DNA of 64,000 nucleotides, taken from positions 33,927-97,926 of IMG/VR virus record IMGVR_UViG_3300035698_007208. One strand, 5' to 3'. Under the pieces are notes generated by a model. That model was not told where the DNA came from and did no database searches. It worked only from the letters and a program-made list of their open reading frames with translations. This DNA comes from a virus. Shown here piece after piece: positions 1 through 10,906 of this stretch (position 1 is the first letter of the stretch; each line of letters starts with the position of its first letter). The position numbers and the translations under genes were made by a program.

Positions 1-3000
1 TATTTAAATGATTTAGAAATTGAAGATGATGACCAGTTTGAATTTTATACTGGCATGCTACAAAGTAAAGGAACTATACCAAGTTTAACAAAAATTGCAG
101 CCAGCAACAGTATTATACAAGGATCAATGGTAGTATTTGATGAATGGGCTTTGCGCGTTGGCGATTTTGGTGATTTAGAGAATGAACAGAGTATTGAATT
201 GTCACTTGAAAAAGCAGACATAGTTCAAGATCCGCAATTAATTACGTTAGTGTTTCCAGAAGACACTATTGGTGTCATAGACGCAATTCGAGTACTTGAC
301 ACAAAGCACAAATATAACAGTGTGCCCTTATTAGTAATTGCTCAACCAACCTTAGCGCCAGCAATACAAGCAAGTGCAGAAGCATTATTGGACAATACTG
401 GCGTAATTTCAGGATTTAAAATTATAGAAGAAGGCAGCGGTTATGTTGAGCCAGTTGTAATTCAAGTAGTAGCTGGTGATTTAGTTGTATCAAATGTTGA
501 TGTGGCATTTTCAACTCCAGTTGCACAAAGCTTATTATATTTACCGTCTAACGTAGCTAGCTTAGGCCTAAGCAACATTCTATTATCAGACAACCTAAGT
601 GCTAACGGTATAATAAGTATTGATGTTAGTACAGCCACAGATATTGCTAATGTAGTATCAAGTATCAACACGTCAGCAGCCACCAACGCAAATGTGTCGG
701 CCCTAGTAGTTGAAAATACATATTTAGTTGGCAATATAGAATTGTCGCAAGTTATATTGCAAATTACAGGTAATGATTTTACATTAATTGAAGATGGGGT
801 TACACTTGCTAGTTTAGCAATCACGCCTGGTCGATACGAACCAAAACAACGACATAGTATTAGTACAGTAGACAATCACCCAATACTTGGTACTGGCGCG
901 ACTGAAGAAGGTAATATTACTGTTAAAATTAACAACATTGATCTTCCACATGCTGGCGGTGGAAATTGGGAGTATGATGCAGGGTCACGACAAAACAAGA
1001 GTTATATTATAGGCGACTCATCAGTTTCAGGTATTGATTTTGACACAAATGGAATTTACAGTGGCAATGTTACAATTCCATTAGTTACTCCAATTGATGC
1101 AAATAACACAGCAACCGAAGCTAATGTTTATCGCCATGCGAATGTATTTATAAACGGAACTGAAATTTTAAATTCTGGAGTAACAAGAGCATATGCTATA
1201 ACTACAACTGATTTGATTCTTTATAATGTTGATCAATTACCAGAAGGACAATTATTAGTTGGCGCAAATATAAGTATACACGAACATGCAACAGTTAACT
1301 TAGGAAATGCAGTAATAACTGACATACCGGGTGCAAAGTTAAGTATACGAACTGTAACAAACGATGATATTGCAATACTTACAAAAAGTAAAAGATTATT
1401 TGAAATAAGCGAAGATGCAAAAGGCGATGAAGCAATAGTAATTGACATTGATGACTCGTCACGATTCCTTAAGAAGCCGCTAGGAGTACGAGATAATAAA
1501 CTATGGCCTAGTATGTCAAGTGTTAACCATACTGGAATAACTGATGCTAGATATTTTAATATTCCTAATGCTGGGTATGTAAATAAAGCAAATGTTGATT
1601 TTAGATCATTTGATGTAAGCAGCATTGGTCAAATGTTTAGTGACCAAATTTCAATTCATCCAGAACAAAACGATTTAATACATGTCGCAGTAAGTGAAAA
1701 TTTAGACTGGAATGTTTACAAGTTAGCCGCAGCAAATACTGGCATTAGTTATGTAGAACAAGAAAACGATGACGCGACATCGTATTTATTTACTTCTAAT
1801 AGTTTGTTTGATTATACTGATAGTAATCAACTACAGGAAACAGATTTAAGTAGATATTTAGATTATCATCTTGTGTTAAAGAACTCACAACTAAATGAAA
1901 AATTTGTAGTATGGGTAAATGAGCAAGTAGTTGATAGCAAACAAGTAAGGTTTAGTAATATTAGTGCAACTGTTATGACGGAAGCTAGTGTTACAGAAAT
2001 TGGACCAGAGTCTAATTCTATACTTGCAATAAGCAATATTAATCCTGGAGTAAGTTCGTTTAGCACTGCAACAGCAACAGCCAATATAGACGGCAATGGC
2101 ACTGTACTTATTACAACTGACACATTTGGTGTAGAAGATGGCGATAGTGTTGCGTTCGGCGGCGCACTTGGTAATGCTAATCCGTTATGGGCAAACTCAT
2201 ATATAGTATCAAATGTAACAATTGGTACCTTTACAGTATTAGATGCAGCATTAACAAGTAACATTGATATTGCAAACCTTGTGTATTCTTATTATGGGAA
2301 AACACAAATTGAAAGTGTTGATCATGGATTAAGTTCAGGTGAAATGATTAAGATCGTAGCAGGTGTATATAGTGGTGCATATCTTGTTGAAAGTGCATCA
2401 GCAAATACGTTTGTTATTGATGCCCGTTACTTAAGTGGAGCGGCAACAACAGGTAATATATTGTTAGATAACGTTGTTATAACAGCAATTGGGCATGGAA
2501 TTGTAGATGCATATTCTGGTAAGCGAATAGCAGTACATAATGCAGACCCAAGGTACTATAACCAAGTTTACACGGTAGACAGTGTGACAGCTAATACTAT
2601 ATCAGTTAGTGGCATTTTTGCATTTGCTGATGTTGCAAATGTTATGGCAAATGCAGTGGTAACAACATTAGACCATGATGTTATTAGATTAAATAACAGT
2701 TCAATTAAAATTGACAATTTTAATAGTGTTGACGGCATTGTTGATAGCATTAACCAAGCAGCAGACTTAAGACGAGGATTTATTACCAGAGAAGGTAGTT
2801 TTAGTATGTCAATGCCAATGATGCGATCAAATAGATTGCCAGGCGGTATAACAAGTTCGCAAATAGCAGGTTCCATTCCTTACGTAACAAACTTAAATGG
2901 GTTTGACCAGTCTGGACTAGTTGTAACTGGTAATAGGACTATTAATCCAGATCTCACACGCAAAATTGGATTCAACAATGACGCGGTAGTGAGAGGACAA

Positions 3001-6000
3001 TCTCCTGCACCTAGGACAATAACGAGCGCCGCAAACCAAACACATTCGACTGTATTAAATGTAGGACCATACAGTCAAACGCTCAATAACCAATTAAACC
3101 CGTATGAGGTAAACATTGGGCCAATTAATATACCTAAAATTTCAATAATGGGTCCATTAGAAAATTTTAATCGATCAGTAAATAACCCATCACCTAATAC
3201 CGGTCTTGGGCAATTACCAAATAATAGTGGCGCACCAATTATTAATCCAGCAGCACTGATTGCATTACCAAGCGTGCAACTGTGTACACCTGCAATACCT
3301 GCAATTCCACCGCCGCGTCCACCAAAGCCTGCTGCACCAGCAGTGCCAGCAGTGCCAGCAATACCAGCAGTGCCAGCAATACCAGCATCGCCTGGCGTTC
3401 CTGAAGTGCCAGCAGTACCAGCAGTACCTGAAGTGCTTGCTATCCCAGGAACAGGAACAGGCAGTTGTATACAGTATAATAAATGGGAATACATTGAACA
3501 ATCTACTATGACATCAAATGTGGATGATACTTGGTACTTTATGATACCTATATGTGGTTCTGTTAAGATTATATATGATATGGATTCAGGGGAGGACATC
3601 CTTGATGCTTTTCAAATTACTACAAGGACAGCATTTGGTGGCACTCGTATGGGTGGAACAGATACTGGTGTAAGATTTGCAACAACAGCAGAAAAAGCAC
3701 AGTTATTAAAAGGAAACAACGGAGCCGCAGCTTCTTCCTTTACATCCAATTTACCAAAAGATTTTATTAAAACAAACCCAGGGTCAAAATTTTGCGGAGT
3801 TATTGAATTTGATTTTAAACCAACCGCAGGCTCGTATCTACGCATCGACGTTGATAAAAATAGCAGTATTTATAAATTTTTAATAGGCTACCCATCAACA
3901 GTAGGTGTAGTTAATCCGCAACAAAACACAAACCCAGGCCAGCCTGCAAACATACCACCATATAATGGTGTAGGTGTGGTTCCAAACATGAATACTATAC
4001 CTCAAACGCCAATAATACAGCCAGCAGGTACGCCAATCAATAAACTCAAAAAAGTAAATGGCGGTATGCGTGATGATGAATTTAATTTTAGAAATGGCGC
4101 CGGAGGCGGTAGGTATTCTAATGCCGGCGAGTATTATGTTTCTAATTTTAGTGGATTTAGTTCAGCACCAATGGCCGGTTTTGGATTTATTCCAAGTGTG
4201 TTTAAAAAGACAGTAAAAATAACTTCACCATTAAATGTTAACAGACATCAAGCGTTATCATCAGGCCGGTATGTCAATACAGTAGTGCATCGTGTTTCTG
4301 GTGGAATTATAATACCATTTGCAGATCGACTGCCAACTCCAATATTCATAGGAGCAAAGCCAATAAAAGGTTTAGATTTAATTAATGATCCATTATTTCG
4401 TTTGGCTGGTGACATAGCAAATGGACAAAATGTACATTTTAATTACAATCCAAGAAAAATAAGCAGTGCAAATTACACAATGGACAGTATTGGCTTACCA
4501 GCAAGCATTAATACGGTTACATCTAATGGCAGCATTGGTCCTAATGGCAGCATTAATCCGGTTACACCTAATGGCAGCATTGGTCCTAATGGCAGCATTG
4601 GTCCTAATGGCAGCATTGGTCCTAATGGCAAGGTTACTAGCACCACACCAGGAGTATTTGATTACACGCCATTAGCTGGTAACTTGCCTTCAACAGTATT
4701 GGGATCCCCACTTGTGAGTTTAGAATTAGCACCACCAACTATAGCAGACGCCATAGACTCTCCAGTTGATGTTGATAATGTAGAATTTAATAACATTCCT
4801 ATTATTACTCTTATTCCAAAAGTGAAGACAGTGGACGGATCATTTGTGCCAGCAGGTCCAACTTGTTATTGCCCGGTACATAGACCGTCGCCAAGCGTAA
4901 CAATTAGTCCATCTGATCTTATTGGTGCAACACCAGGCGATCAAATATTAATTAACAACACTGCTGTAACTATACAATCTAATGTAGATGCTACTATGAA
5001 TTCAATTGAATGTGCAATTGGTTCAGGGTTTACAACAATGCGCACAACAAGAGACTACAACGAAGCAATTAAGTTAATATCTTGCACAAATGCACCAATT
5101 ACATTTAAAGACGGATGCAGGGGTGGCGTTTATAAAGAAGTACTTGATTTTCATGTTGTAAAGTCGTTCAGTTTATCATCAACAAGCAATGCATTAGTAG
5201 TAGCAGCGTCAACTGGGTATGGTGCTGGTAATACAGCTACATTTGTTACTCCGTCAGTAACTTATACTAGATACAGTGAAGAAGGGGAAGTACAAGATAC
5301 ACTACCTCAAACTAGTACAACAACAACAGGTAGCATATTAACTGCTCAAACAGCACACACTGGCGGCGGCGGTTATTCTGTTGGCGATAGATTGCGTGTA
5401 GTTGGCGGCGTACCAATTGCTTCGCCATATGGTAGCATTACTGAGTTATGTATTGGCGATCCTGGATCAAATTATTCCGAAGCTGCTAATGTTAAAATTT
5501 ATATTGGTGACGGGTCCACTCCTGGAACAGGCGCAGTAGTTGGTAATGTAGTGCTTAATGCAAATGGTGGAATTTCAACTATTGAATTAATAAATTCAGG
5601 AATTGGATATGATGGCGCCCGCCAACCAACAGTAAGGGTTGTTGATATTGGTGCAGCAACAGCACCAACCATTGCAAGTCCAGCTAAAGTGTCAGTTAAA
5701 ATTGGAACAGAAACAATTGGACGCAATGGTTTATCAATAACATCTTATGGCCTTCCTGAGCGAGTTGCTAAGTTTGTAGTAACACAAATAGATGCTACTG
5801 GTGCAATTTTAGGATTACAGTCAATTGATAGGGGCATTTATAAACAGTTTCCAAGTGACTTAACGACTGGTATACCATTAGAATATGATGCTGTAAATTT
5901 AGGTGATGAATGGGGAGGAGAACTTCCACCATCAAGTTCAACAGGGCTGGGTGGGTTTGACCCACTTAACAACCATGCCACATTGCCATCGCCTGGTGGA

Positions 6001-9000
6001 TATAATCCGCTAACTGGTGATTTTGCTGGCGGTACCGGCGCAAGGGTATTTTTAACAGCTCGAGAAATTCCAGACTGTTCGGAAAAGGGTGACGCAAGAA
6101 GCAAGATGGGACTTCCATCTAGCACAGGCGCAGTAAGCATACCGTCACATTTAGCTGATTTACTTAATACTGGCTTGTTGAACGGTGGTTATACTCCAAC
6201 CGATATATCTTTTGGAGTAGGATCAATTAATGATGACTTTGATACTATTACTTTAGAATCGCCAACATTTGACGGAATTGAAATTGGGGAATTGACCCCT
6301 GGATTCCTTGATAAAATAGGCATACCGCCCGGCGATTATAATCCAGACATGGGGGTGCTTTCAGCAGTGAATACTACTCCATTGAATGATAGTAACGGTA
6401 CTACCCCTGACAATATTGGAAACAATAACGGCAATGGAAACAATAACGGCAATGGAACCAATGGAAACAATGGAAACAATGGAAACACTGCTATTAATGG
6501 TATTGGCGCTAGAACGGCATTGCCAATAGAATCAATTGCAATATACGGAGTTGACAATGTTGGTGGAAGTAGTGGAACAAATGGCCAAGACACAAATAGT
6601 GTACTTGGTACAGCAAGTGTCCAATACATTACTGATTTATTTCAATACGAATTAAGAACACTCGCAGGCAATCCAGTTGTAGCAAATAACCAAGCCCAGC
6701 AAACGTCTGTGTTGGTATTTGAAAGTCAGCGATATAATACTGAAAATGATATTGCTATTGCTAACGTGTCATATGCAGACATCCCTTCAACCATAGCAGA
6801 GTTTGCTAATGTTTGGATTGATGATTATATGACTACAGGGTGGGCTTATCTTGAGGGTAACGTAACACAGCGGAATCAAACGTCATTAGTAGATCCAAAA
6901 TTTATTAATAATGTTATTATTTATGACAGTACAACTGGTGAAAAGGAATTTGATTATGATATATATGACCCGTTTAAAGGTGTATTGCCTGCATTTATAG
7001 AAGCAGCTCTTAATTATATTAGTTCTAATGATCCAGTTGTATATAACAGCACAAAGGCATTTTTTGGAAGAAAAAATATTGGACAATTGTGGTGGGATAC
7101 TAGTTCTGTTAGATATAACTGGTATGAACAAGGACCAAATAGAGAGCGTTGGTTAAATTGGGGATCGTCATTCCCAGGTTCAGCTATTACTATTTACGAA
7201 TGGGTTGAAAGTGTAAAAACTCCATTAGAATATACTGGTACTGGTACACCTAAAAATGGCAGTGAGTTCTTAATAGAACGACGATTGAATCCAACTACAA
7301 ACAACCACCAAAACTATTACTATTACTGGGTACAAAACGTTCAAGAAATCAATATACAAGCAAAAACTCAATATAATAGACAGTTTACTGCATTAGCAAT
7401 AGCTAGGTACATTTCAGACCCTAATGGTCAGGGATTGAATACTATTGGTTTTATTAGTAGTGGAGATTCCGATTCTACAAATCTTGCAAGTATGATGATG
7501 TCAAACTTAAGTAATACATTAAGAGAAGACGAACAAAATATTCAAATTAATCTTAGTAGAAATTTAAATCCAATTGGCCTAAAGCATGTTGCTTGGAAAT
7601 TATTAAGAGAAGGCGATAATAATAGTGAAATACCAGAAGATTTAAGCGCAAAAATGATCGATAGTTTGTGTGAATTAAACAGTGTTGGCCAAACAGTTCC
7701 TGAACCAAATTTAAGCGTTGTTGAACGGTTTGGTGTACAGTTTCGACCAAGGCAGACAATATTTAAAAATCCTAACGAGGCTCGACGAGCATTGCATTTT
7801 GTTTTAAACGAAATATTGGCAGACTTTAAATTGAATTCTTTATTCCCAACATGGGATGATGCGCTACCAAGCAAAACATACATTAAGTCTGTTAATTGGT
7901 ACGCAGTAGAACGAATAGACGGTACAACTAATGAAAAAATATATTATAACGCATCGTTCAAGCCGGTTTATACAGTATCAAGTGCTGGTGAATTGGAGGC
8001 TATTAAGCGTAGCAGTTTAGCAGACGGTACGGTAATAATGGTTCGATCAAACTTAACTGAAAGATTCCAACTTTGGAGATTTAACGCAACTAAGTCAGCA
8101 TTTGAACAAATTGCAATTGAAAACGAAACAGCAGAACTATCAACTACAATCTTTACTGACGATGTTAATGCAGTAATGCAAGCTGAATTACGCGCATTTT
8201 TAGAAACATTAAGAGATGACATTTTCCTTGGAACTTCACTATGGAACGAAGTATTTTTTGAGATGTTAAGATATGCAATAGCAGAACAGCCAGAACTGGA
8301 TTGGGCATTTAAAACTTCATACTTATTTGTAGAAAAAGAAGAAGAAGATTTGATTCAACGCAAAGGATTTAACCCTGATAACTTCTCACCAGTATTAGAT
8401 TATTTAAACGAAGTCAAGCCTTACACGGCTAAAATACGTGGTTACAAAGACGGTAAAAAGACACCAATATTTTTCATTAAGGACCAAATGATAAGTGACT
8501 TTGATAGGCCTCCATATCCTGATTCATCGTTAGGTGAAATAAGAATACTTGATAATAATGATACAGTTGACACTAGTATACTAGCAACAGATAGTCGTTA
8601 TATTAAGTGGAACTCTGCAATTAACGATGATAATTCACCAATAAGGACTGGCAATATTAATTTAGTATTTGATAGAGTTGATTGGAGATTATTAGAACCA
8701 TATCATGATACGTCTGTATCCAGTTATTCGCGCAGTATAGCAAATAACATTGCTACATTAAATGCAGAATCATTAGATGACGTAAGTGCTAATTCTACTT
8801 ATTCAATGTCAAGTAGAATTTTTAAGTTTGACCCAGATGTGCGATCACAATTTAATACGGACATTGATTCATATTTTGGTAACGGCGCAAGCGCAAATTC
8901 AAGTATTACAGAAAATAGCATGCAATTGCTATCAGCAATACAAGATGGTGGATTAACAACTACACTAACTTTAGTACAAGAAAAAGTAGGTGGTGGATAT

Positions 9001-10152
9001 CGAGGGGAATTGCTTGATGCTAATGTATTTACTAGAGTAGTAAGTGGTACAGATGCTCTTACTCTACAGTCTGTATTTGGGTACGATACTACACCATGGG
9101 ACAATACACTTGGATTTGGATCAGAATGGGATACAAATATTGAAGTTGAAAATTATGAAGGTATTTTTGATGGCAATGTAACATTTAGACGTGATGGTGT
9201 TACATTTGAAGGATTTGATGGTGTTACTTTTAAGAAACTAATATATGGTGAAGAGCGCCCTGAAGAATTAGTAATGTTATCACCACTAGAAAACTTCATT
9301 ATGAATGTAAAAACATCTATTGCTGCATTTGATGCAAATGGCTTAATAGTTGACACTATTAGTGTCGGCCCATTTGATGCTAATGTGAGTCCATCAGATG
9401 CAAATGGTACAGTTACAGTAACAAGTATAATTTCAACTCCTTTACTAAATGATAATGATATAATTAATTTAGCAGGCGAAACAACTACTCCAATAACAGG
9501 CTCGTATGTTATATCAAACATTAATATATCAGCTCGTAGTTTTACTATTGACTTAGCTAATGTTGATGCAAATATAATAACAACAGCAGGTAATATATTG
9601 TTAACAAGTGGAGTTTCAGCAGTTGATGTAGAATTCATAGTACACCAAGATTTGTTTGGCGGAAGCGAGTATATCAGAGTGTTATCTGATAGAAGTACAA
9701 GTACCAATTCAGCAACACCTATTGCGATATGGGATGAAGAAATTGCTGTAGTGGACGCAACAAAGCTACCAATACCAACCCTTGCTGTGCCTGGTGTTGT
9801 ATGGTTAAATCATTCAGAACGAATAGAGTATAGGACAACAATTAATAATGTGCTTATTGATATTACACGTGGTACACGTGGAACTACTATATCAAGTCAC
9901 CCATCGGGCATAGTTATTGATGATGGCTCATCAGCACAAGTATTTAACAGTGAATTAAATCTTGGTTTTGAAAGTCGTAACCCAGAAACGGCTACTTGGT
10001 TAAACACAAGTGGCACCATTTCGTTAAGTTTGTCAGACATAACAAACAGAAGTAACAGTAACCAAATTGCAGCGTTTTTACAGGGAGAACTTACTGTAAG
10101 TATTGGTTGGGATGCAAGAGGATGGGATAGTGATGCATTTGATAGTGCATAA
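1..10152 (+). CDS. Giant virion structural protein, probable baseplate wedge/hub-type protein; 5' end lies outside the window
   Basis: Frame is open from base 1 (YLNDLEIEDDDQFEFYTG precedes the tracked Met at 55). >3365 aa, beta-rich, with G-x-G-Y turn repeats. C-terminal blocks (YDPFKG, GQLWWDTS, WAFKTS, YLNEVKPY, RGTRGT) recall large baseplate proteins of Rak2-like jumbo phages. Lies upstream of tail genes. Confidence 0.75.
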   Translation, partial: YLNDLEIEDDDQFEFYTGMLQSKGTIPSLTKIAASNSIIQGSMVVFDEWALRVGDFGDLENEQSIELSLEKADIVQDPQLITLVFPEDTIGVIDAIRVLDTKHKYNSVPLLVIAQPTLAPAIQASAEALLDNTGVISGFKIIEEGSGYVEPVVIQVVAGDLVVSNVDVAFSTPVAQSLLYLPSNVASLGLSNILLSDNLSANGIISIDVSTATDIANVVSSINTSAATNANVSALVVENTYLVGNIELSQVILQITGNDFTLIEDGVTLASLAITPGRYEPKQRHSISTVDNHPILGTGATEEGNITVKINNIDLPHAGGGNWEYDAGSRQNKSYIIGDSSVSGIDFDTNGIYSGNVTIPLVTPIDANNTATEANVYRHANVFINGTEILNSGVTRAYAITTTDLILYNVDQLPEGQLLVGANISIHEHATVNLGNAVITDIPGAKLSIRTVTNDDIAILTKSKRLFEISEDAKGDEAIVIDIDDSSRFLKKPLGVRDNKLWPSMSSVNHTGITDARYFNIPNAGYVNKANVDFRSFDVSSIGQMFSDQISIHPEQNDLIHVAVSENLDWNVYKLAAANTGISYVEQENDDATSYLFTSNSLFDYTDSNQLQETDLSRYLDYHLVLKNSQLNEKFVVWVNEQVVDSKQVRFSNISATVMTEASVTEIGPESNSILAISNINPGVSSFSTATATANIDGNGTVLITTDTFGVEDGDSVAFGGALGNANPLWANSYIVSNVTIGTFTVLDAALTSNIDIANLVYSYYGKTQIESVDHGLSSGEMIKIVAGVYSGAYLVESASANTFVIDARYLSGAATTGNILLDNVVITAIGHGIVDAYSGKRIAVHNADPRYYNQVYTVDSVTANTISVSGIFAFADVANVMANAVVTTLDHDVIRLNNSSIKIDNFNSVDGIVDSINQAADLRRGFITREGSFSMSMPMMRSNRLPGGITSSQIAGSIPYVTNLNGFDQSGLVVTGNRTINPDLTRKIGFNNDAVVRGQSPAPRTITSAANQTHSTVLNVGPYSQTLNNQLNPYEVNIGPINIPKISIMGPLENFNRSVNNPSPNTGLGQLPNNSGAPIINPAALIALPSVQLCTPAIPAIPPPRPPKPAAPAVPAVPAIPAVPAIPASPGVPEVPAVPAVPEVLAIPGTGTGSCIQYNKWEYIEQSTMTSNVDDTWYFMIPICGSVKIIYDMDSGEDILDAFQITTRTAFGGTRMGGTDTGVRFATTAEKAQLLKGNNGAAASSFTSNLPKDFIKTNPGSKFCGVIEFDFKPTAGSYLRIDVDKNSSIYKFLIGYPSTVGVVNPQQNTNPGQPANIPPYNGVGVVPNMNTIPQTPIIQPAGTPINKLKKVNGGMRDDEFNFRNGAGGGRYSNAGEYYVSNFSGFSSAPMAGFGFIPSVFKKTVKITSPLNVNRHQALSSGRYVNTVVHRVSGGIIIPFADRLPTPIFIGAKPIKGLDLINDPLFRLAGDIANGQNVHFNYNPRKISSANYTMDSIGLPASINTVTSNGSIGPNGSINPVTPNGSIGPNGSIGPNGSIGPNGKVTSTTPGVFDYTPLAGNLPSTVLGSPLVSLELAPPTIADAIDSPVDVDNVEFNNIPIITLIPKVKTVDGSFVPAGPTCYCPVHRPSPSVTISPSDLIGATPGDQILINNTAVTIQSNVDATMNSIECAIGSGFTTMRTTRDYNEAIKLISCTNAPITFKDGCRGGVYKEVLDFHVVKSFSLSSTSNALVVAASTGYGAGNTATFVTPSVTYTRYSEEGEVQDTLPQTSTTTTGSILTAQTAHTGGGGYSVGDRLRVVGGVPIASPYGSITELCIGDPGSNYSEAANVKIYIGDGSTPGTGAVVGNVVLNANGGISTIELINSGIGYDGARQPTVRVVDIGAATAPTIASPAKVSVKIGTETIGRNGLSITSYGLPERVAKFVVTQIDATGAILGLQSIDRGIYKQFPSDLTTGIPLEYDAVNLGDEWGGELPPSSSTGLGGFDPLNNHATLPSPGGYNPLTGDFAGGTGARVFLTAREIPDCSEKGDARSKMGLPSSTGAVSIPSHLADLLNTGLLNGGYTPTDISFGVGSINDDFDTITLESPTFDGIEIGELTPGFLDKIGIPPGDYNPDMGVLSAVNTTPLNDSNGTTPDNIGNNNGNGNNNGNGTNGNNGNNGNTAINGIGARTALPIESIAIYGVDNVGGSSGTNGQDTNSVLGTASVQYITDLFQYELRTLAGNPVVANNQAQQTSVLVFESQRYNTENDIAIANVSYADIPSTIAEFANVWIDDYMTTGWAYLEGNVTQRNQTSLVDPKFINNVIIYDSTTGEKEFDYDIYDPFKGVLPAFIEAALNYISSNDPVVYNSTKAFFGRKNIGQLWWDTSSVRYNWYEQGPNRERWLNWGSSFPGSAITIYEWVESVKTPLEYTGTGTPKNGSEFLIERRLNPTTNNHQNYYYYWVQNVQEINIQAKTQYNRQFTALAIARYISDPNGQGLNTIGFISSGDSDSTNLASMMMSNLSNTLREDEQNIQINLSRNLNPIGLKHVAWKLLREGDNNSEIPEDLSAKMIDSLCELNSVGQTVPEPNLSVVERFGVQFRPRQTIFKNPNEARRALHFVLNEILADFKLNSLFPTWDDALPSKTYIKSVNWYAVERIDGTTNEKIYYNASFKPVYTVSSAGELEAIKRSSLADGTVIMVRSNLTERFQLWRFNATKSAFEQIAIENETAELSTTIFTDDVNAVMQAELRAFLETLRDDIFLGTSLWNEVFFEMLRYAIAEQPELDWAFKTSYLFVEKEEEDLIQRKGFNPDNFSPVLDYLNEVKPYTAKIRGYKDGKKTPIFFIKDQMISDFDRPPYPDSSLGEIRILDNNDTVDTSILATDSRYIKWNSAINDDNSPIRTGNINLVFDRVDWRLLEPYHDTSVSSYSRSIANNIATLNAESLDDVSANSTYSMSSRIFKFDPDVRSQFNTDIDSYFGNGASANSSITENSMQLLSAIQDGGLTTTLTLVQEKVGGGYRGELLDANVFTRVVSGTDALTLQSVFGYDTTPWDNTLGFGSEWDTNIEVENYEGIFDGNVTFRRDGVTFEGFDGVTFKKLIYGEERPEELVMLSPLENFIMNVKTSIAAFDANGLIVDTISVGPFDANVSPSDANGTVTVTSIISTPLLNDNDIINLAGETTTPITGSYVISNINISARSFTIDLANVDANIITTAGNILLTSGVSAVDVEFIVHQDLFGGSEYIRVLSDRSTSTNSATPIAIWDEEIAVVDATKLPIPTLAVPGVVWLNHSERIEYRTTINNVLIDITRGTRGTTISSHPSGIVIDDGSSAQVFNSELNLGFESRNPETATWLNTSGTISLSLSDITNRSNSNQIAAFLQGELTVSIGWDARGWDSDAFDSA
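3286..3437 (+). repeat. In-frame 9-bp tandem repeat encoding a (PAV/PAI)n proline-rich linker
   Basis: CCAGCAGTG/CCAGCAATA units; protein PAIPAIPPPRPPKPAAPAVPAVPAIPAVPAIP. Confidence 0.9.
4504..4630 (+). repeat. In-frame 18-bp tandem repeat encoding (NGSIGP)n
   Basis: AATGGCAGCATTGGTCCT repeated, with a higher-order duplication AGCATTAATxCGGTTACAxCT. Confidence 0.9.
6418..6487 (+). repeat. In-frame Asn/Gly microsatellite-like repeat
   Basis: GGAAACAAT/AACGGCAAT units encoding GNNNGNGNNNGNGTNGNNGNNGN. Confidence 0.85.
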
Positions 10153-10177
10153 TAAAACTTAGTTTTAATGGAAGATG

Positions 10178-10184
10178 ATAAATA
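10178..10184 (+). promoter_or_regulatory. Putative late promoter ATAAATA (T4 TATAAATA-like)
   Basis: ATAAATA 5 nt upstream of ATG 10190; the motif recurs intergenically across the window. Confidence 0.65.
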
Positions 10185-10189
10185 GTTAT

Positions 10190-10333
10190 ATGTCAAATAC
10201 ACAAGAACCTAAGCAAGAACAAACGAAAGACGACGATCATGCAATTGATTGTCTCGGATTAAACATGAGTGGTCATATTTTAATCCGAGACAAAGAAACT
10301 AAAGAAGAATTAGTTAATAAGAGAGCTGAATAA
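10190..10333 (+). CDS. 47-aa small protein resembling the N-terminus of the downstream gene (not in ORF track)
   Basis: MSNTQEPKQEQTKDDDHAIDCLGLNMSGHILIRDKETKEELVNKRAE*; its stop abuts ATG 10334. Confidence 0.7.
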   Translation: MSNTQEPKQEQTKDDDHAIDCLGLNMSGHILIRDKETKEELVNKRAE

Positions 10334-10894
10334 ATGAATTTAAATATGAAAGGTCATGTTTTAGTAAAAGATAAAGAATCTGGTGAAGTGTTAGCTGACC
10401 AAAATAACGCTATTCATTACGGAAATATGGCAAGAATCGTAGCATTAGCACTTAATAACACTGCCGATGCTTATATTAATTTTGTAGCATTTGGAAATGG
10501 TGGGACTAGTGTAGATACTTCAGGTAAGGTACTGTATAAAACACCAAGAGTGAGTGAGGCATATGATGCCTCAAGTAACTTATACAATACTACTTATAAC
10601 AAAGACATATTTCCTGGTGATTCCACAAACAAAATAGAAATTATAACCGGTGCCTCATATACTGATATTAAAATGACAGTTACTTTAGGATTTTCAGAGC
10701 CTGCAGGGCAAGAGGTATTTGATACAAGTATTACAAATGAAGGTGAGTACATTTTTGATGAATTAGGTGTATTTACTAACAGTACGGATTTTGCAGACGC
10801 AATAATGCTAACGCATGTTATCTTTCACCCTGTACAAAAAAGTCAAAACCGAGTGATAGAAATAATTTATACAATCAGAATACAGTTAAGTTAA
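10334..10894 (+). CDS. Putative baseplate/tail structural protein
   Basis: AFGNGG...FDELGVF...THVIFHPVQKS motif typical of jumbo-phage tail/baseplate proteins; position in structural block. Confidence 0.6.
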   Translation: MNLNMKGHVLVKDKESGEVLADQNNAIHYGNMARIVALALNNTADAYINFVAFGNGGTSVDTSGKVLYKTPRVSEAYDASSNLYNTTYNKDIFPGDSTNKIEIITGASYTDIKMTVTLGFSEPAGQEVFDTSITNEGEYIFDELGVFTNSTDFADAIMLTHVIFHPVQKSQNRVIEIIYTIRIQLS

Positions 10895-10906
10895 CGAGGA
10901 AACAAA

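Noticed and set aside
3286-6487. Tandem repeats as a CRISPR array or non-coding repeat array
   Set aside because: Units are multiples of 3, in frame, have no unique spacers, and no cas genes are present.
2800-6620. Intein or self-splicing intron explaining the central insert of the giant gene
   Set aside because: No C/S...HN-C/S/T splice motifs or LAGLIDADG blocks recognised, and the frame is uninterrupted.
462-10202. Numerous antisense and alternate-frame ORFs over the giant gene and other long genes
   Set aside because: Shadow ORFs arising from codon bias and repeats; no SD, no recognisable motifs, fully overlapping a better-supported gene.
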